From assembly GCA_026707285.1 (NCBI GenBank), contig JAPOXD010000045.1, positions 29,384 through 93,383 on the forward strand: DNA of 64,000 nucleotides. The letters run 5' to 3'. This document shows positions 34,970-43,032 of this stretch, in pieces; positions within the stretch are counted from its first letter, which is position 1, and every line of letters begins with the position of its first letter. The DNA is from Chloroflexota bacterium. Lineage in GTDB: Bacteria; Chloroflexota; UBA11872. The notes under the pieces were generated by a model that was given only the letters and a program-made list of their open reading frames with translations, searched no databases and was not told where the DNA came from. Made by a program: the position numbers and the translations under genes.

Positions 34970-35262
34970 CGTTCGTCTTCATCCGCATAGGGAATCGCTC
35001 GATTGGAACGCCGTTCACGGGGGATCTCCCAATTCAGGCCCCGCGGCACATTCTCGACCAGCCACCGGCCCATGTGCATCTCGGGAGGCAACTTCTCCCG
35101 CCACACGCGCTCGGGCACGACGACGAAGCGCCGCCGCAGGCCGATGCGCTGCGGACCCTCCTCCTCCGCCAGCCGCAGGACCTCCGACAGCTTGGCCTTG
35201 GCCTCGGCCACGGTCCAGATGCGGTCTGATGCGTCGGCGCTCAATGGCAAGCCCTCTGTCAA
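34966..35262 (-). CDS. type II antitoxin (Phd/YefM-like)
   Basis: 98-aa ORF immediately upstream of and overlapping vapC. The N-terminal W.V.EAKAKLSEVL.LAE.EGPQ.I pattern is typical of Phd/YefM-type antitoxins. Confidence 0.65.
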   Translation of the reverse strand: MTEGLPLSADASDRIWTVAEAKAKLSEVLRLAEEEGPQRIGLRRRFVVVPERVWREKLPPEMHMGRWLVENVPRGLNWEIPRERRSNRAIPYADEDER

Positions 35263-35323
35263 ATATGGACTAGTCTAGTCCATATTCACCCTCGATCCAG
35301 CCGGCCCGCGGGAAACCCGACCG

Positions 35324-35812
35324 TCAACGCGCAGCCGCGCGCTCCTGGCGGTGGCGCGCACGGCGCTTGCGGCCGGTGTAGGCGTGCGCGGCGACGGCGA
35401 GGGCGAATGCCATCCCAATCGCGACCGTGGGCCCGATCCAGGTTCCGGGCGTGATCCGCAGCCGGTGGGCGTAGGTGATCGACCCGGGGCCGCCGGTGAC
35501 ATCGACCTGGATGGTCCAGTCCACGTCCTCCGGCGCGCGCTCGATCATCTCGTAGACCGTGCCGGTGTAGATCGCGTCCCAAGGACCCCGCAGGCCGTCG
35601 GGCGTCAGGGCCATGATCGAGACCTCGGCGTCCGTCACCCGCTCGCCGCTACCCAGCTCACGCAGGTCGATGGAGTAGTCGAGCCAGCCCTCGTTGAGAA
35701 TGGCGAAGGCCCGGATCTGATAGGGCCCGCGGTCGCCGCTGAAGACCAGGCTGCCGCCGTGGGCGGCGGCGGCGGTGGGGAGCGCGAGCATGGCGAAGGC
35801 CGCAATGATCAA
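35324..35812 (-). CDS. secreted protein with C-terminal membrane anchor; mature N-terminus probably begins at His (possible metal-binding protein)
   Basis: C-terminal part of ORF 35324..36259. The upstream part of that ORF runs through REP elements and is not coding-like. Candidate starts are TTG 35812 or ATG 35791. The signal-like segment ends ...ALPTAAAAHGGSL. A C-terminal TM segment (IGPTVAIGMAFALAVAAHAY) is followed by a basic tail. The start is uncertain. Confidence 0.5.
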   Translation of the reverse strand: MIIAAFAMLALPTAAAAHGGSLVFSGDRGPYQIRAFAILNEGWLDYSIDLRELGSGERVTDAEVSIMALTPDGLRGPWDAIYTGTVYEMIERAPEDVDWTIQVDVTGGPGSITYAHRLRITPGTWIGPTVAIGMAFALAVAAHAYTGRKRRARHRQERAAAR

Positions 35813-35860
35813 GGCTGCGGTCCGACGCCTTGCCCAACGAACGCGCCTCGAGGTTGGACC

Positions 35861-35892
35861 GGACTGGATTCCGGCCTCCGCCGGAATGACGG
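35861..35892. repeat. REP-like hairpin, family B (ggactggattccggcctccgccggaatgacgg)
   Basis: Exact 32/32 reverse-complement match to 41920..41951. Contains the palindrome attccggc-ctc-cgccggaat. Translates as the artefactual ...VIPAEAGIQS... in ORF-track entries. Confidence 0.8.
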
Positions 35893-35943
35893 ATGGGGCA
35901 GGAACGACGGTCGGGCGATCTGCTGCTCTTGAGCATCGGATGA

Positions 35944-35987
35944 CCCTCACCCTAGCCCTCTCCCTTCCAGGGAGAGGGAATGAGAGG
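35944..35987. repeat. REP-like element, family C (ccctcaccct + hairpin ccctctccc/gggagaggg)
   Basis: Related copies lie at 61644..61676, 62638..62705 and 62817..62856. The stop codon and last ~14 codons of CDS 35947..36930 lie inside it. Confidence 0.7.
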
Positions 35988-36930
35988 CGGATCCCGAACT
36001 GCCCACCACGCGTTGCAGCGCGGCGTCGAGCTCCGCCGCTCCCACCATTCCCTCGAACCTCGCGCTTACCACTCCGGTGGCATCGATCACAAACGTCCAC
36101 GGCTCCGTCTGGAGACTCCAGGCTTGAAACGCCGGCGTGGGTACCAATCGCCCCTCGGAGCGCGCAATGCCAAGGTCGAAGGGCTCGAGATGGATGAAGC
36201 GCACGCGGTCGCCGTAGGTCTGGTGCAGCGCCGCCACCTCTTCGTAGACCGGCCCGCACATGTGGGCGACGCAGAACCGCGGCGTGCTGAACTGCACGAC
36301 GAGCGGGAGCCCTTCCGCCAGCGCTTCCGCCACGGTGACGGCATACATGTCCGGCACGGGGTCCACCGAGCTGGACAGCTGCTCGACGTCGGCGACGTCG
36401 TCCAGCGTGGGGTGGTCGATGGAGACTGCCGCCATGCCCACGCCCGGCGCCGAGGGCTGCGCATTGACGTTGAACGCGGCCTGCGCCCGGAACGCAGCGG
36501 CGTCCGGCGGATCGACTGTCAGCTCGGCGGACCAGATGCCGGGCGTGTCGAATTCGGCCCCTTCCACGACGTAGTAGCCCCGCCGGTCGAGGTGCATGTG
36601 GACGGAGCCATCCGCATGGATATGCGGGGTCGTGTTGCGAGTTTCATAGAAGGTCGCGGGCCGCGAGAACTTGAAGTGCGTCGCTGGACCGTCCAGCCAT
36701 GAGAAGCGGACGTCCACCGCCGCCTGGTCGATGCCGACGCCGTCGTTGGTGACCACGGTGAAGGGGAACCGGTTGGGGCCGACCACGAACTCCGTCGCCG
36801 TGGGAAAGACATTGACGTCGTCGCGCTCGGCGGGTTCGCCGCAGGCCCAGGTCGTCAGTCCCGCGACGACGATTCCCAGGCCCATGAGCACGCGTCGACG
36901 CGGAATGCCAACAGGTGTGGGGCCTCTCAC
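35947..36930 (-). CDS. secreted/lipoprotein with C-terminal thioredoxin-like (redoxin) fold, Cys-x4-Cys motif
   Basis: C-terminal part of ORF 35947..37977. The upstream 350 codons are antisense to the DtxR gene and are rejected. Candidate starts are GTG 36930, GTG 36891 and ATG 36885. The signal is ...RRRVLMGLGIVVAGLTTWACGEP. The C-terminal half (PLVVQFSTPRFCVAHMCGPVYEEV...WTFVIDATGVV.ARFEG) looks like a TlpA/Sco-type redoxin. The N-terminal half has a His-rich stretch (TPHIHADGSVHMHLD). Confidence 0.55.
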   Translation of the reverse strand: MRGPTPVGIPRRRVLMGLGIVVAGLTTWACGEPAERDDVNVFPTATEFVVGPNRFPFTVVTNDGVGIDQAAVDVRFSWLDGPATHFKFSRPATFYETRNTTPHIHADGSVHMHLDRRGYYVVEGAEFDTPGIWSAELTVDPPDAAAFRAQAAFNVNAQPSAPGVGMAAVSIDHPTLDDVADVEQLSSSVDPVPDMYAVTVAEALAEGLPLVVQFSTPRFCVAHMCGPVYEEVAALHQTYGDRVRFIHLEPFDLGIARSEGRLVPTPAFQAWSLQTEPWTFVIDATGVVSARFEGMVGAAELDAALQRVVGSSGSASHSLSLEGRGLG

Positions 36931-37014
36931 CGACGCCCACAGTCCGGCGACGGCAAGCTGATACCCTCGTGACTCATTACCGAGACGCCCTCGCACTATA
37001 GCGGGCAAGCCGAG

Positions 37015-37707
37015 TTGGCAGCCGCACCAAAACTGACCGAGAGCGACCAGGATCACCTCCGCGCCATCTACGACGCGGGGGGCGCTCGCGCGCAGATTGC
37101 GATGGGCCGCGTGGCCGAGGTGGCGGGCAACTCGCCGGCATCGGTCACCGTGGCGGTCAAGCGGCTGCATGCGCGCGGTCTGGTGGATTACGAGCGCTAC
37201 AAGGGCGTGCGCCTGACCCCCGACGGCGAGCGCATGGCGCTGGAGATGGTGCGGCACCACCGCCTGATCGAGCGGTTCCTGGTGGAGTTTCTCGGTTACG
37301 ACTGGAACGACGTGCACGAGGAGGCCGACCGCCTGGAGCACGCCATCTCCGAGGAACTGGAGCGCCGCATCGCGGCCCGGGTGTCGGACCCCACCACCGA
37401 TCCTCACGGCGACCGCATTCCCACCGAGGCCCTGGAAGCCGTGGACGACGAGGCCGTCTCGCTGACCTCCGCGGCCGCGGGGCAGCGCGTCGCCGTGGCC
37501 CGCGTGTCCGACCGCGACCGCGCGATCCTGGCCTACCTCACCGAGATCGGCCTGGTGCCGGGCGTGCGCGTCGACGTGCGGGAGCGCCTGCCGTTCGACG
37601 GTCCGCTCGAGATTCGCATTGGAGATCGAACCCATCACCTGGGTCGGTCGGTGTCCGACCGCGTGTTCGTGCTTCCGGACGAGTCGGATGGGAGCGGGAA
37701 TGTCTGA
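37015..37707 (+). CDS. DtxR family metal-dependent transcriptional regulator (IdeR/MntR-like) with C-terminal FeoA/SH3-like domain
   Basis: 230-aa ORF with TTG start. Motifs: LTESDQDHLRAIY..., SVT.AVKRL...GLV.YE.YKGV.LT..GE..A....R.HRL.E.FL...LG..W..VH.EA..LEH. Confidence 0.85.
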   Translation: MAAAPKLTESDQDHLRAIYDAGGARAQIAMGRVAEVAGNSPASVTVAVKRLHARGLVDYERYKGVRLTPDGERMALEMVRHHRLIERFLVEFLGYDWNDVHEEADRLEHAISEELERRIAARVSDPTTDPHGDRIPTEALEAVDDEAVSLTSAAAGQRVAVARVSDRDRAILAYLTEIGLVPGVRVDVRERLPFDGPLEIRIGDRTHHLGRSVSDRVFVLPDESDGSGNV

Positions 37708-37900
37708 ACGACGCAAGGTGTCTGATGCCGCGAAGGCGCGGTGGACGGATCCACCCTTCGTCAACCCTGATGTCTTGACCGACGAGCAGCTTGCGGCCCT
37801 CGAGGCGGCGAGGGAAGCCTGGGACGAGTGGCGCATGACCGGTTCGGTCAAGAAGCTCATCGAAATCGGACACCTGCCGAAGGACGCAGAGCCAGGCTGA
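37700..37900 (+). CDS. small hypothetical protein (66 aa)
   Basis: Inner ATG 37700 of ORF 37619..37900 overlaps the DtxR stop (ATGTCTGA). The sequence MSERRKVSDAAKARWTDPPFVNPDVLTDEQLAALEAAREAWDEW... is plausible coding but no family is recognised. Confidence 0.4.
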   Translation: MSERRKVSDAAKARWTDPPFVNPDVLTDEQLAALEAAREAWDEWRMTGSVKKLIEIGHLPKDAEPG

Positions 37901-37964
37901 CGCGCCGCGACCGGGTCGATCCTCGCTACATCGCGATCCGGCCGCCACAGACCCTGGCTCGATC

Positions 37965-38030
37965 CGGGCAGCCACAAGGGCTGCCCCTACACCGGCGTTT
38001 TCCCTGTAGGGGCGCCCCTTGTGGGCGCCC
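37965..38030. repeat. REP-like hairpin pair, family A (cgggcagccacaagggctgcccctac ... gtaggggcgccccttgtgggcgcccg)
   Basis: Two ~26-nt GC-rich hairpin units in inverted orientation (37965-37990 and 38005-38030). The same unit recurs at 43906..43962 and 61499..61562, with a variant at 41986..42011. Confidence 0.8.
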
Positions 38031-38093
38031 GTCCGATGGCGCAGCTCGCCAGAACAGCGAATCAACCGCTGTGGTTGCAACGCCTTGAACGAC

Positions 38094-38121
38094 CGAGGCC
38101 CCGCGCGATGGCGGGGCCTCG
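38094..38121 (-). terminator. GC-rich stem-loop downstream of groEL (candidate intrinsic terminator)
   Basis: cgaggccccgc-gcgatg-gcggggcctcg forms an 11-bp perfect stem with a 6-nt loop. It starts 19 nt after the groEL stop on the transcribed strand. The U-tract is weak (GTCGTTCAAGG), which is a caveat, though I believe weak U-tracts are not unusual in high-GC genomes. Confidence 0.45.
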
Positions 38122-38139
38122 AACGGTGGTCGGCGTGGA

Positions 38140-39813
<1,674 letters not shown>

Positions 39814-40022
39814 GCTGTCGTTCCTCCGACCAGCCCGTTATCGGTGCATGCGCGTCGGGGCCTCTAGCATTCTGCCGGCGAGGGCGCCCGACGCCACGGC
39901 AAGGGCTTTGGGGTGTCTTGGTGCGAATTACGCACTAGGTCCGTCCGCAAAATTGTAGGGAGCGCCCAAGTCGAGCGTCAAGCATGATTGACCGCCACCG
40001 TTGCGTTCGCCGATGACACGGC

Positions 40023-40535
40023 TCATGGGGCCTTCCGATCAATCAGCGTCTCCATGGGGTCGCCCAACCGCTCCAGCGTGACCGACCACGGATGATCGTC
40101 GATCGCGTTGGTGCGGATGCGGAATTCGCGCCCATTCAGCGTCCCCGGAGTGTCCCGGCTTGGTGGGCGGTAGCTGACGACGAAGACGGCGGAGCGCGAA
40201 TTGGAGATATCCCAGCCGATGGTATTTCGGCGCGGCCCGGCTACGGCAATCTGTGCCCAGTCAATCCCGACGTCGGCCGTTTCAACCGTCGCCCGCCAGG
40301 TGCCGGCGGCCAGCGTGAGGCGCGGTTCCTCGCGGCCCACGGCCTCGACGAGCACGACCTCGCGCACGACGAGGCCGTGAATGTCCACCTCAGCGCCAAA
40401 TGCCGCGTCGTCGGAGTCTGGTGCGAGTCCGAAGGTCCAGAATGTCAGCTCAATGCGCACGGTCAGCCATACGACGGCCACGGCGATGATGAGCAGCAGC
40501 GTCAGCCAGGCGATGCGCTCCCAATGACTTCTCAT
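40023..40535 (-). CDS. hypothetical single-pass membrane-anchored protein (170 aa)
   Basis: ORF with N-terminal TM segment (IAWLTLLLIIAVAVVWL) and a ~130-aa domain. Apparent distant paralog of 41417..41899. The start ATG lies 1 nt after the stop of small ORF 40537..40629. Confidence 0.6.
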   Translation of the reverse strand: MRSHWERIAWLTLLLIIAVAVVWLTVRIELTFWTFGLAPDSDDAAFGAEVDIHGLVVREVVLVEAVGREEPRLTLAAGTWRATVETADVGIDWAQIAVAGPRRNTIGWDISNSRSAVFVVSYRPPSRDTPGTLNGREFRIRTNAIDDHPWSVTLERLGDPMETLIDRKAP

Positions 40536-40536
40536 G

Positions 40537-40629
40537 TCAAGCCTGCCCTCGCCTCGATCGGGTTGCTCGAGGGTCGCCGGCGGTGGTCACCGCCAGCAGG
40601 CCGCGCTCGGTGCGACTGAGGTGTTTCAT
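40537..40629 (-). CDS. small ORF, 30 aa (MKHLSRTERGLLAVTTAGDPRATRSRRGQA)
   Basis: Inner ATG 40629 of ORF 40537..40779, preceded by AAAGGAGC 8 nt upstream. The stop TGA (40539-40537) abuts the next gene's ATG. Short, so tentative. Confidence 0.35.
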   Translation of the reverse strand: MKHLSRTERGLLAVTTAGDPRATRSRRGQA

Positions 40630-40709
40630 CGGGTTCGCTCCTTTCGTTAAATCAGGGAAGGGCGGGGACGCGGATCGTCCCCGCCCTTCGCGCCGCCAGT
40701 TCACCCATC

Positions 40710-40808
40710 TCACGGTGGCCGTGAGGACCTCGGCGCAACGAGGGCCGTCACGGCGAGAATCGGTGCGCCGAGCATCCATCCAGGCGCCGAGTCGAGACGC
40801 CGCGTCAT
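40710..40808 (-). CDS. small ORF, 32 aa with one hydrophobic segment (MTRRLDSAPGWMLGAPILAVTALVAPRSSRPP)
   Basis: Hand-translated and below the ORF-track size cut-off. ATG 40808 has GGGAGG about 12 nt upstream (a GTG lies 3 nt upstream). Tentative. Confidence 0.3.
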   Translation of the reverse strand: MTRRLDSAPGWMLGAPILAVTALVAPRSSRPP

Positions 40809-40882
40809 CACGGCGGACGCCTCCCGAGGTTCAGCACGGCCGGCAGGACAAATATCAATGGCCGGTCAATCGGGCCCACGGC

Positions 40883-40975
40883 TTACCCCGCGATGCCGGC
40901 GCTGGCGACGGCGGTCGCTGCCAGCCAGATCCCGACGACGATCAAGGCCATCGCTCCGAGAAGACGCCGTCTCAT
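40883..40975 (-). CDS. small membrane peptide ORF, 30 aa (MRRRLLGAMALIVVGIWLAATAVASAGIAG)
   Basis: Hand-translated and below the ORF-track size cut-off. ATG 40975 is preceded by a strong Shine-Dalgarno GAAGGAGA about 7-8 nt upstream. It has a basic N-terminus plus one TM segment and a TAA stop at 40885-40883. Confidence 0.45.
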   Translation of the reverse strand: MRRRLLGAMALIVVGIWLAATAVASAGIAG

Positions 40976-41054
40976 AGTCGGTCTCCTTCTCCGATCCGTC
41001 GCACCGGGCTAGCGGGACCGGCCACCCGCCGGCCCGGCGCGCCTCGGCTTCGAG

Positions 41055-41294
41055 TCACGTCGACCGATGGACTCGGAACATGCGCCACAGCGCCACGCCC
41101 CCCGCGATCACCAGAGGGACGCCGACCGCCACGGCGAGACGCTGAGCGGTCGTGACGGTGATCGGCAGACGGGAGCCGGACACGGGATTGGTCGGTGCTT
41201 GCGCGCCTAGCAGCGCGCCGAGACAGGCCAAGAGGAGCACCGCCAGGATTCCGCCGCCGACCACGGCCCGTGTGCGGGTGAGTACGTGAGGCAT
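41055..41294 (-). CDS. small membrane protein, 79 aa, two hydrophobic segments
   Basis: ORF 41055..41294. The ATG is preceded by GGAAGGAGG about 5-6 nt upstream. TM segments are GGGILAVLLLACLGALLG and VAVGVPLVIAGGVALW. Confidence 0.55.
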   Translation of the reverse strand: MPHVLTRTRAVVGGGILAVLLLACLGALLGAQAPTNPVSGSRLPITVTTAQRLAVAVGVPLVIAGGVALWRMFRVHRST

Positions 41295-41416
41295 TGCCGC
41301 CTCCTTCCTCTAGGCGATCGTCATTGACCACCCATCGGCACCGTAGCTCGCAAAAAACCACCTGACAACTCGATTATGAAAACCCTTACACAACCGACGG
41401 GTGCTATCGTCGCGCC

Positions 41417-41899
41417 ATGCTGTCGCGCGTTGAGCGGGCCGTGTATTTGGCCACGGCGCTCGTGGTCATCGCGGCGATCCTGTGGCCGCTGGTCCGCGAT
41501 GAGCTGGATCGCGCGCCGCTGGGGTCCCTGGCGGAACCGCTGGCCTTGGCGCCCACTGCCGAGATCAGCGGCGCGCCATTTCCATCCTTCGGCATCGACG
41601 ACGTTGACATCAACGGGGTCGGCCCCGGCTCACTGACGGTGGTCCTTGCTGCCGGCGTCTACGTGGCCTCGGTCTACGGCGACACGACGGATCTCGACGT
41701 GACCATGCGGACCCTGGACGGGCGCAGCACGTTGACATGGGGCCAAACGCCGTATGCCTCGTTTGCCGTGGGCGACCACGTCGAGGCCTCGCTTTATCCG
41801 GGATCAACGCGCATCGACGTCGTTCCACCGATGGACACCACCCGTTGGGGCATCCGCTTCGAGCGCTTCGCCTTTCCCGACCCGCCGGCTCGCCCTTAG
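41417..41899 (+). CDS. hypothetical single-pass membrane-anchored protein (160 aa), distant paralog of 40023..40535
   Basis: ORF with N-terminal TM segment (AVYLATALVVIAAILW). Its domain shares a pattern with 40023..40535 (LT..LAAG.....V......D......W.......F.V......PG.....R.......W.I.FERF). Confidence 0.6.
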   Translation: MLSRVERAVYLATALVVIAAILWPLVRDELDRAPLGSLAEPLALAPTAEISGAPFPSFGIDDVDINGVGPGSLTVVLAAGVYVASVYGDTTDLDVTMRTLDGRSTLTWGQTPYASFAVGDHVEASLYPGSTRIDVVPPMDTTRWGIRFERFAFPDPPARP

Positions 41900-41919
41900 G
41901 AGACGTTTGCCTAGTCCGT

Positions 41920-41951
41920 CCGTCATTCCGGCGGAGGCCGGAATCCAGTCC
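41920..41951. repeat. REP-like hairpin, family B (ccgtcattccggcggaggccggaatccagtcc)
   Basis: Exact reverse complement of 35861..35892. A partial half-copy (tgcgggaatgacg) lies near 42058-42070. Confidence 0.8.
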
Positions 41952-41985
41952 GGTCGAATCTGGAGGCGCGCTGAAGGCTACGCGT

Positions 41986-42011
41986 CGGGCGGGTCTGAGA
42001 CCCGCCCCTAC
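41986..42011. repeat. REP-like hairpin, family A variant (cgggcgggtctgagacccgcccctac)
   Basis: Same flanks (cggg...cccctac) and hairpin layout as family A units, but with a different stem sequence. Confidence 0.5.
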
Positions 42012-42157
42012 CCGATTCTGAAAAAGCCTCCCCCGTATCGCGAACGAGGCAGGCTCTCTGCGGGAATGACGACGTCGACCTGATCAACTCCCGGGCGTTG
42101 TGGCGGTTTCTCGGCGCGTGCCACACTGAAGCAACCCCTGCCGAGGCGGCTTGAGCC

Positions 42158-42595
42158 ATGCGCCTGTCCATGCGAAGCGACTACGGGGTCCGCGCCCTCA
42201 CGGACCTGGCGATGCACCACGGGCAGGGGCCGATCCAAAGCGCGGACGTGGCGCGGCGCATGTCCATCCCGCCCGTGTACCTGGACCAGGTGTTCAGCGC
42301 GCTGCGCAAGGCCGGGCTGGTGCGGAGCACGCGCGGTCCCCAGGGCGGCCACGAGCTGGCGCGCGGACCCGACGCCATCACCATGAGCGACATCGTCACC
42401 GTGCTCGAAGGCCCGCTGCCGATCCTCGATTGCCTGGAGGACGCCTCGGCCTGCGATTTGACCGACACCTGCTCGCAGCGGCCGGTGTGGGGGCGCGTGC
42501 GCACAGCCATCCTGACCTCGCTGGAAGAGGTGAGCCTGGCCGAGCTGGCCCTCGACATGCAGGAAGCCCGCGAGCGGCCCGCCTACAGCATCTAG
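42158..42595 (+). CDS. Rrf2 family transcriptional regulator (IscR-like, three-Cys cluster motif)
   Basis: 145-aa ORF with MRLSMRSDYGVRAL N-terminus typical of Rrf2 and an HTH region. The Cys motif is C-x6-C-x5-C (CLEDASACDLTDTC). Confidence 0.85.
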   Translation: MRLSMRSDYGVRALTDLAMHHGQGPIQSADVARRMSIPPVYLDQVFSALRKAGLVRSTRGPQGGHELARGPDAITMSDIVTVLEGPLPILDCLEDASACDLTDTCSQRPVWGRVRTAILTSLEEVSLAELALDMQEARERPAYSI

Positions 42596-42597
42596 CC

Positions 42598-43032
42598 ATG
42601 CCCTTGGAAGTCACCCGCCGCCAACTGGACGATATGGTGGCCCACGCCCGCGATGAAGCCCCCTTGGAGTGCTGCGGCATCATCGGCGGCACGGGCGACC
42701 GGGCGCTGGCGACCTTCCGCACCCGCAACATCGACCAGAGCCGGGTGCACTACACGATCCATCCCGAGGATCACTACCGCGTCACGCGTGAGATCGAGGA
42801 CGTGCACGAGTGGGACGTGCTCGGCTTCTACCACTCCCACCCCGCCAGCGAGGCGTTCCCGTCGTCCACGGACCTTCGCCACGCGCTGGAGTCGGGCTAC
42901 AGCGAGGTGTCGCGCTTCGTCATCGTCTCGCTGGCCGACCCGAGCGCTCCGGTGGCGCGCTCGTTTTGGCTCACCGGCGGGGAAGTCAATGAGGAGCCGC
43001 TGGTAATCGTCGCGGATGGGGACTCCGATTAG
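42598..43032 (+). CDS. JAMM/MPN+ family metalloprotease (Mov34/Mec+ type)
   Basis: Inner ATG 42598 of ORF 42151..43032, 3 nt after the Rrf2 stop. It has a conserved Glu (APLECCG) and a perfect JAMM motif H-x-H-x7-S-x2-D (HSHPASEAFPSSTD). Confidence 0.85.
   Translation: MPLEVTRRQLDDMVAHARDEAPLECCGIIGGTGDRALATFRTRNIDQSRVHYTIHPEDHYRVTREIEDVHEWDVLGFYHSHPASEAFPSSTDLRHALESGYSEVSRFVIVSLADPSAPVARSFWLTGGEVNEEPLVIVADGDSD

Noticed and set aside
36931-37977. The N-terminal ~350 codons of ORF 35947..37977 (676 aa).
   Set aside because: This part is antisense to the well-supported DtxR-family gene (37015..37707) and to the small ORF downstream, and its translation is not protein-like. A signal-peptide-like start is available at 36885-36930, so only the C-terminal part is annotated.
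39814-40022. A CIRCE or HAIR heat-shock operator upstream of groEL.
   Set aside because: There is no TTAGCACTC-N9-GAGTGCTAA or CTTGAGT-N7-ACTCAAG-like sequence. Only a 5-bp-stem inverted repeat is present, which is too short to interpret.
42151-42597. The N-terminal extension of the JAMM ORF (42151..43032, 293 aa).
   Set aside because: The extension overlaps the Rrf2 gene in another frame and is Arg/Pro/Ala-rich. The JAMM domain begins at ATG 42598, right after the Rrf2 stop.
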